DNA of 14,191 nt from a virus (lineage: Duplodnaviria > Heunggongvirae > Uroviricota > Caudoviricetes), in IMG/VR virus record IMGVR_UViG_2529292908_000005. One strand, written 5' to 3'. This document shows, piece by piece, positions 1 through 7,263 of this stretch. Every line of letters starts with the position of its first letter. The first letter of the stretch is position 1. The notes under the pieces were generated by a model. That model was not told where the DNA came from. It was given only the letters and a program-made list of their open reading frames with translations, and searched no databases. The translations under genes were made by a program, and so were the position numbers.

Positions 1-1578
1 ACCAGCATCATGCTCAAGGTACCAGGGGGCTCTTCCTGTTTCCTTGGTCAGTTTCATTGCCTTACCCCCGCTGGCTCCGGCATCATCCACGATTTGAGCC
101 TTGCCACCTCCGGCAGCCCAACCCTGTGGTGTCAACCGTCCTTCAGACTCAGATGCCCGGTAAGCAAATAGCGTACTCATCGTCGTGGTGTCTGCGGGTG
201 GCGTGGACGGTTTTGATGGTGTATCAGGTGACGGCTTCTCATCCGGTGGTGTCACGGTCTGCCCGCGCATCAGTTCAGCCGTGCGCCCTGCATGGAGCAT
301 AATAGCTGAGGCCAGACGGTCTGAAATGACGCCCCTGCGTGCCCATGAGCTGAAATGGCTGTCACGCTGTGTCGAAACAAAACTGCCCTGGGTTCGGGAT
401 GCTGCACCGTAATACCCGACAGCCACAATATCCGGGTCTTCCGCCGGAGCATTCGTTGGCGTGCTCTGTCCATTCTCATCCGTCAGGAACGGTACAAAGA
501 AAATTTTCTGTGCTTCCTTGCCTTTGTAGCCACCGTATACTGCCTCATATTTATCGGTGCCAGCGTTTTTCCAGTAATACGTGGTATCACCGCAAATCCA
601 CGGCACCGTGGTGGCATTTCCACTCACGCACTGCGCAGCAAGCGGAGCCAGGTCAGTTCTGAACTGCTGAACCATGGTCGTGAATAAACTATTATGCTGC
701 TGGCTTCCTGAGGCAAGGTCTGCCTCTCCCTGCATCCAGACCACAGCCAGAAGTTTGTTTTTCGGGTTTTTCGCCAGCGCGACTTTGGTGCGGCTTACCA
801 GGTCCTGATACAGAGGTTTACCGGCCCCCCAGCGTGAAGAATCAGCGGAAGCACCGCTGGCCTCACTGAATGAGCCGTCGGCTCCAGTGGTGAATGCTGA
901 CCCGCCACGACAACAGGGCACCAGAAGTATCCCGGCATTCTGTGGGATATAGGGAAGCAGTTTTTGGCAATATGCAACCCCTGACCGACAGTCCCGTACT
1001 GGCCTTTTGCCAGATCAGCTTTCGGGTGGTTTATCCCGCTCATATCCTGAACATCATGCAGGCAGTGGTCCGCCGGAATGATGTCGTTGTATGTACACGA
1101 CGTACCGTTGGGCGTTACCGTACTGCGGCGTGCCAGTTGCTTAATGCGTGGGTCCGGGCGGTCAAACGAATCCGGTAACGGCAGCCCCTCGCCGTAGGCC
1201 ATGCCATTTGACTGACCCGCGAGAATGACAACAAAGTAATATTCCGGCTCTGAACTGCTGCCATTCGTGCTACCGGAAGGCCCGGCGTTATCCGGTGCAT
1301 TCCAGTCGGAGGGCGTGAGCGTTCCGGCCACGTCAGATGTGATTGGAATGATGCCAGTCACGCCTGAACTGGTGATTTCTGCACTGGGATTACCGGATAC
1401 CGGCATTACCCATAATGGCTCTTTCGTGCTGAAGCGGATCACGCAGTCTGCGAAGGTGATCCCCCTTTATTACCCGAAGGGCGGAAGGGCTTTCAATAAA
1501 TGCCACCGTGCCACCGGCAACCTTGACTGAAAACTCTCCGGGCATGGCGGAGAGCATTTTCCACTTGGAGTCTGACAT
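1..1578 (-). pseudogene. nanS: NanS-p-like sialate 9-O-acetylesterase (SASA/SGNH domain) with extra N- and C-terminal regions; frame broken twice; 3' end runs off the window
   Basis: Minus-strand translation gives ...YYFVVILAGQSNGMAYGEGLP... (GQSN motif, ORF 795..1442) and, in the frame open from 960 to 1, ...LLPYIPQNAGILLVPCCRGGSAF...AVVWMQGEADL...GYYGA...; this matches NanS/YjhS-type esterases as recalled. N-terminal piece is ORF 1390..1578. Frame switches sit at C5 (1461-1465) and T5 (961-965). Pro/Thr-rich linker then a further domain towards position 1. Confidence 0.6.
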
Positions 1579-1663
1579 CGTCTTTTCTGCCTGTTTCTGA
1601 ATTAAACAGAGTCAGAATAGCGACCGCTGAAAAATATGTGTTTTGCGGAAATTCAAAAAAGCG

Positions 1664-2236
1664 TCACGGTACTTTTGGTGACGGAGCTGGTGAGGCAGGA
1701 AAATAACGATAAAGGGTGGAAAGGCCAATATCAAATATCAGTGCGATTTGTTTACGGGACTCGCCATTAGCCAGCAAACGGGCGATTTGCTCCCGCTCTT
1801 TCTCTGTCAGTTTCTGAGGTCTGCCGCCATGACGCCCCTGAGCACGGGCAGCAGCAAGACCCGCACGTGTACGTTCAATAATGAGTTCCCGCTCCATTTC
1901 CGCCAGCGCGCCCATTATATGGAAAAAGACACGTCCCATGGGAGTGGATGTATCAATATTGTCCGTAATGCTGCGGAAGTTAACGCCGCGTTGCCGGAGT
2001 TCTTCTGTTAAAAGGACAAGGTGCTGCATACTGCGTCCAAGGCGATCCAGTTTCCAGACCAGCAGGGTATCCCCTGGCCGGAGTCGCTTTAATGCGCGTT
2101 TAAGTCCGGGACGCTCCCTTGTCTTACCGCTTATTCTGTCTTCGAAAAACAGCTCACATCCTGCACATTCCAGCGCATTTCTTTGTAGCGCCGTATTCTG
2201 GTCATTTGTTGACACCCTGATATACCCAATCAGCAT
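1664..2236 (-). CDS. gin: Serine-recombinase DNA invertase (Gin/Pin/Hin/Cin family)
   Basis: 190-aa ORF starting MLIGYIRVSTNDQNT, with catalytic-domain pattern and C-terminal HTH ...LSTLYRYFPAS closely resembling Mu Gin as recalled; AAGGAA SD 5 nt upstream of ATG; start lies 66 bp from the left gix-like site. Confidence 0.95.
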   Translation of the reverse strand: MLIGYIRVSTNDQNTALQRNALECAGCELFFEDRISGKTRERPGLKRALKRLRPGDTLLVWKLDRLGRSMQHLVLLTEELRQRGVNFRSITDNIDTSTPMGRVFFHIMGALAEMERELIIERTRAGLAAARAQGRHGGRPQKLTEKEREQIARLLANGESRKQIALIFDIGLSTLYRYFPASPAPSPKVP

Positions 2237-2301
2237 ACGATTTCCTTATTATAAAAAGCCGGAATTGTCGCATGAGGAATAAAACAGAGTTAATCCTGGC
2301 T

Positions 2302-2327
2302 TTCCTGAAAACCTCGGTTTACGGGAA
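2302..2327. other. gix/hix-like 26-bp invertase crossover site (left)
   Basis: TTCCTGAAAACC|TCGGTTTACGGGAA: two inverted half-sites around a central dinucleotide; right half nearly identical to the Mu gix half-site TCGGTTTACAGGAA as recalled. Confidence 0.8.
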
Positions 2328-2687
2328 ACGGTAAACAGGGCGGCGAATGCTCTGCCATCGGACGGCACCGCCGTTGCCGCGAATAGACTCGCCACCCCAA
2401 GAAATATTAATGGGGTTCCCTTTGACGGGACGCAGGACATAAACATCACTTCTGGTATAACACAGCAGGATGCGGATTCCCGATATATCCAGGATATCAG
2501 GCTGGGAGCAGAGAACAGGCAGGTAATGTACGGTGGGGCATATTACTCTGCGTACGGTAATGTTATGGCAGGCCTGCAGATTGACAGTAAAGTTGATGCT
2601 TCAAAACGATTTTATAGCATTCAGACCCCTGCAAAAATTAGTCGGAGGTACATGGATTACGGTATCTCAGTTATAAATAGTCAGTAA
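2313..2687 (+). CDS. Silent alternative tail-fibre C-terminal cassette (Sv'-like); no start codon of its own
   Basis: Frame open from the left crossover site to TAA 2685-2687, encoding [48 protein letters not shown]...YMDYGISVINSQ. The first ~25 residues repeat the peptide encoded across the right site in the expressed fibre gene, so inversion would fuse this cassette to the constant fibre region. Confidence 0.7.
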   Translation, partial: LGLRETVNRAANALPSDGTAVAANRLATPRNINGVPFDGTQDINITSGITQQDADSRYIQDIRLGAENRQVMYGGAYYSAYGNVMAGLQIDSKVDASKRFYSIQTPAKISRRYMDYGISVINSQ

Positions 2688-2765
2688 ATAATATATTTTA
2701 AAACAGATTTATTTCCAGGAGGATTTTATGGAACTAAAAATATAACCCGTTATTATCCTGAAAAT

Positions 2766-3248
2766 ATGCCATATGGTAATAATGTTCAGTATTTCCAGAG
2801 TGAAGATGGTAAGGATTTCTACGAATCCCTGTCATTATTCACCAAAAAATATAAACTTTGCATAACACCTGACAGCGGCGTTATCTGCTCAATATCACAG
2901 GACGCCTCGGCGCTGTATCCTGCGGGGTTTTCTGTGGTTGAGGTCGATGAACTCCCTGAAGGCACGGATATTTCAGGAAACTGGAAGTTTGATAATGGCA
3001 TAATCTCCCGTATTCCGGTTAACTACGCAAGAAAACTGGAAGCAATGCGCCAGTCATATCTTAATCAGGCATATGAAAAAATTAATGACTGGAGAACGGA
3101 GCTACAACTGGGCACCATCAGCGATGAAGACAGAGCAGCACTTACCCAATGGATGGCATACATCAGTCAGGTGAAGAAAATGGAACTACCCGCCATTAAA
3201 ACAGAAGCTGAATTTAACGCCATTAAATGGCCTGAGCAGCCACAGTAA
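2766..3248 (+). CDS. tfa: Tail-fibre assembly protein (Tfa / Mu U-like chaperone)
   Basis: 160-aa ORF ...YFQSEDGKDFYE...ALYPAGFSVVEVDELPEG...GNWKFDNGIISR...KWPEQPQ, the characteristic Tfa pattern. ATG 2766 has no SD; a stronger start (AGGAGG + ATG 2728) lies upstream in another frame (see findings). Confidence 0.85.
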   Translation: MPYGNNVQYFQSEDGKDFYESLSLFTKKYKLCITPDSGVICSISQDASALYPAGFSVVEVDELPEGTDISGNWKFDNGIISRIPVNYARKLEAMRQSYLNQAYEKINDWRTELQLGTISDEDRAALTQWMAYISQVKKMELPAIKTEAEFNAIKWPEQPQ

Positions 3249-3251
3249 TAA

Positions 3252-3271
3252 AGAAGGCCGGAAGGCCTTCT
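3252..3271. terminator. Hairpin between convergent tfa and fibre genes (probable bidirectional terminator)
   Basis: AGAAGGCC-GGAA-GGCCTTCT: perfect 8-bp GC-rich stem with 4-nt loop, 3 nt after the tfa stop; T-rich run (TTATTACTG) on the minus-strand side. Confidence 0.5.
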
Positions 3272-3385
3272 GAATATCATTATATACTTGCAGCCGTCAC
3301 CCATGCTCCATTTAACAGATACTGCAACGGCCGGTAATACACGCCGCCGACGTTATCTGCCGTATTCTTACCGACATCCTGTACT

Positions 3386-4162
3386 TTAATTCCGGTAAGA
3401 ACATTGCCGCCCCCCCAGATTCAGATCCCAGCTTTCCCATGTTCCGGGCATATGTGCGGTCACCGACCCCAGTCTTATGGCGGTTACTGTTCCTGATGAG
3501 ATAGTGATATCCTGCGTCCCGTCAAAGGGAACACCATTAATTGTGTGGGCATTTGCCAGCCTGTTCGCGGCAACGGCGGTGCCGTCCGATGGCAGGGCAT
3601 TCGCCGCCCTGTTTACCGTTTCCCGTAAACCGACGTTATCGATAAAAGCCCCTTTATCCGGAATGTCTGCGCCGTTCTGCTCCCTGCGCAGGTAACGGTT
3701 ATCACCTTCGCTTTTGCTGTAAACATCCAGATTATTACGGGCGGTTCCCTTATTCTCCAGGTCGGCGAGATTCTGATCCTTCGCCAGGGCATTAACGTCA
3801 CCGGGACCAAGACTGTTTTTTGTGGCAAGCGTCCCCAGACCAAGATAACCACGGGCCAGACGCTGGGCCTCCGCACCGGCATCAGCAATTTCTTTCAGGT
3901 TATTTTTCCGGGAAAAGGCATTCGCAGCGATAATGGCTTTAATGGACAGCGTAAGCTGGTTTAACTGCGCCTTATCCGGCTGAATACTGGCTTCAGCCAG
4001 AATATTCAGCAGTTCGGCCTGGAGAATATTCAGCCAGTCCTGACCAATCCAGCTGATACCTTTTTGTCCGTCACCTTCGGTAAACCAGGTGGTGGTATTA
4101 CTCTGCGCCGGTGCCAGCGCAGGCATATTCGCCACGCCGGAATTATTATCAACATGAAACAT
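3386..4162 (-). CDS. Tail fibre protein (Mu S / P2 H-like): constant N-terminal part plus variable C-terminus inside the invertible segment; C-terminus probably truncated by a frameshift
   Basis: 258-aa ORF with ...[48 protein letters not shown]... crossing the right gix-like site; ATG overlaps the upstream gene stop (TAATG). A C7 tract at 3410-3416 is followed by a stop 8 codons later, while the -1 frame stays open to 3280. Confidence 0.85.
   Translation of the reverse strand: MFHVDNNSGVANMPALAPAQSNTTTWFTEGDGQKGISWIGQDWLNILQAELLNILAEASIQPDKAQLNQLTLSIKAIIAANAFSRKNNLKEIADAGAEAQRLARGYLGLGTLATKNSLGPGDVNALAKDQNLADLENKGTARNNLDVYSKSEGDNRYLRREQNGADIPDKGAFIDNVGLRETVNRAANALPSDGTAVAANRLANAHTINGVPFDGTQDITISSGTVTAIRLGSVTAHMPGTWESWDLNLGGRQCSYRN
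3620..3645. other. gix/hix-like 26-bp invertase crossover site (right, inverted)
   Basis: Reverse complement reads TTATCGATAACG|TCGGTTTACGGGAA; same TCGGTTTACGGGAA half-site as the left site and TTATC...AAC outer half as in Mu gix as recalled; lies inside the fibre coding sequence (encodes FIDNVGLRE). Confidence 0.8.
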
Positions 4163-4722
4163 TAAATAGTCTCCTCTTCATGGCTGTTTGCATACACGTA
4201 AATAAACGTCTGCCATGCAGGCTTATAACGGTTCAGAATACATTCCAGCGCACCGCCTTCATAAATACGCAGCGGCGTGAGAATATCATCCAGCACATTC
4301 ATATTCCGGTAGCCGGTTTCACTGTTAATCGTGACAATACTGACCCACTGCGAATCCGGTGAGGGCTGAATGTCAATCTGATAACCAAACTCCGCCGCAA
4401 ACCGGATATAAAATTCACGGTTCAGCGAGGGCTTCATCCGGTATTTATTTCCGGCATAACGCTGTCGCTCCGTGAGGGTGGCTCCGGCCATATCACACTC
4501 GGGAAGCCCGAGATAACGCTCCCAGTCTTCCAGCAGCAGGCGCGACGTGTCAGGGAAACGCTCGGCAAGCAGCTGTTTACCCGTCCAGGATACACGCGCT
4601 GTCGAATGACTGAGGCCCAGACATAATGATGCCAGTACGGATGACGGACGCTTGTCCCATGCCAGCCCGTCAGGCAGTAACTGCAACAGGGCGCGCTGAT
4701 GCGGGGTCAGGGTTACAGCCAT
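4162..4722 (-). CDS. Phage tail protein, DUF2313 / Mu gp48 / YmfQ-like
   Basis: 186-aa ORF in the conserved slot between baseplate J and tail fibre; start overlaps the J stop region and its stop overlaps the fibre start; composition and position match the gp48/YmfQ family as recalled. Confidence 0.75.
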   Translation of the reverse strand: MAVTLTPHQRALLQLLPDGLAWDKRPSSVLASLCLGLSHSTARVSWTGKQLLAERFPDTSRLLLEDWERYLGLPECDMAGATLTERQRYAGNKYRMKPSLNREFYIRFAAEFGYQIDIQPSPDSQWVSIVTINSETGYRNMNVLDDILTPLRIYEGGALECILNRYKPAWQTFIYVYANSHEEETI

Positions 4723-5795
4723 GTGATTTCTCCTACCGTCAGCAGCTCACTGTCTCCCGCCTGAACTGACGTCAGCGGACTGCGCACTTCAAAATCCTCC
4801 AGATTTTTCACCCCTGCCACCGCCCGCCAGAAAGACGACGGCAGAACCAGACCGCCGGGCCGGGATTCGTTATACAACAGGTCGGTCAGCGCCTGTTTTA
4901 CGGCCGCCTGATTCTCCGGTGTTTTCGGGATGATCCTGATGCTGAAGGGCACCGGCTTATTGGTCAGTTTAAACACGGTCACCGTCGGCCCCAGAGGCTG
5001 TCCGACAGGCTGGCCGGTCGCCGGATCATCATGACTGCGGATATAATCCGCCACCCGCTGAACATCACCGTCACCGGGGAAAATATCCGGGTTATTATCC
5101 TGAACAAACGTTACCCCCACGCTGCCCGCCTGCGGCCATTCCGGGCGGCACCATGCCCGCGTCACGCCCGGCACTTCACGCGCCCAGCGTTCAAAATCAT
5201 ACTGCGTGCCGCCGGACGGTGGATTCTGCACCCGGAAAACCAGACGGGAAAGCAGCTCCGGCACGGTTTCCACATCCGCACCACCGGTGATCCCCGTTCC
5301 GGTCACCGTGGACGTCTGGTTGATCCCCGCCTGCGGTGTGATAAATGTCAGTTTTGTCCCTGCCGGGGCATTCCCCGCACGACCGGCACTTTCGGCTTCC
5401 ACACTGACATTCAGCGTACCGGCCTTACCGGTCAGGGAGGTGGTGATACGGTAAACCACGCCATCACTTCGCTGGAGAAGCACACCTTCCTTGATCCCCG
5501 CATCCGTGGTCAGCATCAGCTGAACCGGCCCGTCCCCCCGAGAGGCAGGCTTACGCATGACGCCCCAGAATGCACAGTGTTTCAGCAGTTCGGCTTCATC
5601 GGCTTCGGTCGGGATGATCTGACGCGCAATCCAGGCCAGATGCTCATGCTCCTGAGCAGATAACCCTGCCTGAGCGTAAGCAATGGCATTCAGGGTGGTT
5701 TCATTCACACCCGGCTGCGAGCCGGGCAGGCGCTGGCTGATATCCTGCTGTGTCTGCGTGATTAACTGTGCCAGCGGTAAAGGCTGATAAGGCAT
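4713..5795 (-). CDS. Baseplate J-like protein (Mu gp47 / P2 gpJ family)
   Basis: ORF-track frame 4713..5837 starts at TTG; a better start is ATG 5793-5795 (MPYQPLPLAQ...) with a GGG-containing SD. Translation shows the J-family layout (...ADEAELLKH.AFWGV.RK.A..A.G...GGADVE...) recalled from P2 J. Confidence 0.85.
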   Translation of the reverse strand: MPYQPLPLAQLITQTQQDISQRLPGSQPGVNETTLNAIAYAQAGLSAQEHEHLAWIARQIIPTEADEAELLKHCAFWGVMRKPASRGDGPVQLMLTTDAGIKEGVLLQRSDGVVYRITTSLTGKAGTLNVSVEAESAGRAGNAPAGTKLTFITPQAGINQTSTVTGTGITGGADVETVPELLSRLVFRVQNPPSGGTQYDFERWAREVPGVTRAWCRPEWPQAGSVGVTFVQDNNPDIFPGDGDVQRVADYIRSHDDPATGQPVGQPLGPTVTVFKLTNKPVPFSIRIIPKTPENQAAVKQALTDLLYNESRPGGLVLPSSFWRAVAGVKNLEDFEVRSPLTSVQAGDSELLTVGEITWL

Positions 5796-5954
5796 TAACC
5801 CTGTTCGATAAGGGGCTGATTTCCCGTGAGGAGGCAATACATATTATCAATCTCGCTCAAAAAAACTCTACCCCGGAAAATGCAGAAGATATCCAGGATG
5901 GCTCATATATTAATACCGACTGGCATTTCGACAATCTCCGGGCCTGTATGGGGA

Positions 5955-6242
5955 TTACCGCTGAAAAAGATTAAAAATTTTTGCATAATGTTCAGATGTA
6001 AGAATTGCTGAACCATCAACACCGAGCCTGCGGCGAACGTATTCCTCGCGGGCTATTTTATTATCCAGAGATACAGCATCCTTAATCAGGTTAATCTCCC
6101 GCTCCATTATCAAAAGGGCTTCTCTGGCTGCAAGATTTTCTTTTATCGCATATTCGATAATGTCCCGCATACGTTCAAGCATGCCGATTTTAGCCAGTTC
6201 TTCGTCGATAGATTTAGGCGCAAATTTGATTTCTTTTTCCAT
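5955..6242 (-). CDS. Hypothetical protein, predicted all-helical, encoded in AT-rich DNA
   Basis: ORF-track 5955..6257 (GTG start); preferred start ATG 6240-6242 (MEKEIKF...) with GAGGA SD 8 nt upstream, 1 nt after the stop of the upstream zinc-ribbon ORF; markedly lower GC than neighbours. Confidence 0.5.
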   Translation of the reverse strand: MEKEIKFAPKSIDEELAKIGMLERMRDIIEYAIKENLAAREALLIMEREINLIKDAVSLDNKIAREEYVRRRLGVDGSAILTSEHYAKIFNLFQR

Positions 6243-6243
6243 A

Positions 6244-6387
6244 TTATTCATCCTCACAATTTATACATGCAGTGTCGTCGCCCATATCGCAGTGGTTACA
6301 TTTTATCTCACCACAATGTGGGCACTCTTTCAGATACTCCGGGTCCTCATTTCCACAGGTGGGACATTCAACAATTTGCTCATCCAT
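6244..6387 (-). CDS. Small 4xCxxC zinc-ribbon protein (47 aa), not in the ORF track
   Basis: ATG 6385-6387 to TAA 6244-6246 translates MDEQIVECPTCGNEDPEYLKECPHCGEIKCNHCDMGDDTACINCEDE: four CxxC pairs in 47 residues; AGGGGA SD 7 nt upstream; start overlaps the stop of ORF 6380..6712 (ATGGATGA). Confidence 0.5.
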   Translation of the reverse strand: MDEQIVECPTCGNEDPEYLKECPHCGEIKCNHCDMGDDTACINCEDE

Positions 6388-6712
6388 TATGTATCCCCTG
6401 TAATTCCGGCAAGGCCGAAAGATGGCACCAGTGCGTCACCTGTCCGTCCTCATCTTCAAGGCAGGCTCCGGTTTCTTCATCAATAAAAAAGCCTTCATAC
6501 CCCATATGGCCGATGCGCAGTTCCTGTTGGTCACCATACTGAACAATCAGCACGACAGCCTCCATATCAGGCGGAAATGCGTCATCCAGTGAATGCCAGG
6601 GATAACCGCGCAAATCCCCGAAATAAACGCCGGTCAGCGTTCCGCCACAGAGCGGCATTCCGGCGGCACACACAAGAGGTTCATCTGATTCAACAAATAA
6701 GGTCGTTATCAT
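6380..6712 (-). CDS. Hypothetical protein (110 aa)
   Basis: ORF with ATGA start/stop overlap to the upstream gene at 6709-6712; acidic C-terminal half; no family recognised. Confidence 0.55.
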   Translation of the reverse strand: MITTLFVESDEPLVCAAGMPLCGGTLTGVYFGDLRGYPWHSLDDAFPPDMEAVVLIVQYGDQQELRIGHMGYEGFFIDEETGACLEDEDGQVTHWCHLSALPELQGIHNG

Positions 6713-7260
6713 GGCGTTAACTCCCGTAATACAGCGTCCTCGGCAGTCCGGCGACGGTAATAAACTGCGTGAGCAGAATGTTCAGATATTCCAAACTTTT
6801 CGCCAATTTCCCGGAATGACAGACGGCGTGGGTAATCGGAATCACGCAGCGCACGTATAAGACGTACATCATCATCAGATATGCGCGTGCCGGGGCGTAA
6901 CTCTCCGCACTTTGTTAATCCAGCACCAATCATTCCTGCCCGACATCTGACAGAATCTTTATTACGTCCGAGATATTCTCCCATTTGCTGGCAGGTCATT
7001 GTTCTGGCATTTTTTCGAATAAACTTATCTTCATCAGGTGTAAATCTTGGGTGTTTATATTTCAGTAACTCCGGGTATGAACTGCGCAATACACCAGTCC
7101 GGTTATATACAGCCCAGACAGTTCTTTTTATTCTGGCAGCAATATCCTTAACCGGGGTGGATGAATAAAGCGCAATCAGTAGCGCATCTTCTTCAGGTGT
7201 CCACGCGCGGACATGAGCGGGTGTACGACCTTTTCGCCCCATGGGTTGTAATTTCATCAT
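6709..7260 (-). CDS. Putative DNA-binding protein with tandem Myb/SANT-like HTH repeats
   Basis: 183 aa; repeats ...RAWTPEEDALLIALYS...IAARIKRTVWAVYNRTGVL and ...RFTPDEDKFIRKNARTMTCQQMGEYLGRNKDSVRCRA, plus a third weaker HTH-like segment; strong AGGGGGTGA SD; start 3 nt after the upstream stop. Confidence 0.6.
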   Translation of the reverse strand: MMKLQPMGRKGRTPAHVRAWTPEEDALLIALYSSTPVKDIAARIKRTVWAVYNRTGVLRSSYPELLKYKHPRFTPDEDKFIRKNARTMTCQQMGEYLGRNKDSVRCRAGMIGAGLTKCGELRPGTRISDDDVRLIRALRDSDYPRRLSFREIGEKFGISEHSAHAVYYRRRTAEDAVLRELTP

Positions 7261-7263
7261 GCA

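Larger units (their letters stand above)
2302..3645. other. Invertible DNA segment (Mu G / e14 P-segment-like tail-fibre host-range switch)
   Basis: Bounded by two inverted gix-like sites; 70-bp inverted repeat 2314-2383 vs 3564-3633 with one mismatch, continuing as diverged protein-level homology to about 2440/3505; Gin-family invertase immediately adjacent; contains fibre C-terminal cassettes on both strands and a tfa gene. Confidence 0.85.

Noticed and set aside
57-1530. Plus-strand ORFs 57..302, 185..412, 355..687, 369..662, 894..1178, 1267..1530
   Set aside because: All lie antisense to the NanS-like coding region, which has clear family motifs on the minus strand.
2248-2253. Perfect TATAAT hexamer on the minus strand upstream of gin
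   Set aside because: It sits directly against the SD, so a transcript from it would lack the ribosome-binding site; no convincing -35 at 17 bp.
2249-2449. Minus-strand ORF (66 aa) over the left inverted repeat, mirrored by plus-strand ORF 3477..3695 with the same peptide
   Set aside because: Both are antisense shadows of the fibre-coding inverted repeats; the shared peptide is a consequence of the repeat, not an independent gene.
2819-3888. Nested or antisense ORFs 2819..3001 (-) and 3613..3888 (-)
   Set aside because: Antisense to tfa and nested out of frame within the fibre gene respectively.
5031-5663. Plus-strand ORFs 5031..5663 and 5206..5454
   Set aside because: Antisense to baseplate J; Arg/Pro-rich composition typical of a GC-rich antisense frame.
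5796-5837. TTG start at 5837 for baseplate J and ATG 13727 for the repressor
   Set aside because: Downstream ATGs (5795 and 13856) have proper SD elements and give N-termini consistent with the families; the extensions read as non-coding.
5768-5974. Plus-strand 68-aa ORF (and overlapping 5826..6011) spanning the junction gap
   Set aside because: GTG start with no SD, first 28 nt antisense to the J start; in AT-rich DNA such frames arise easily. Left unannotated, though a small real gene cannot be excluded.
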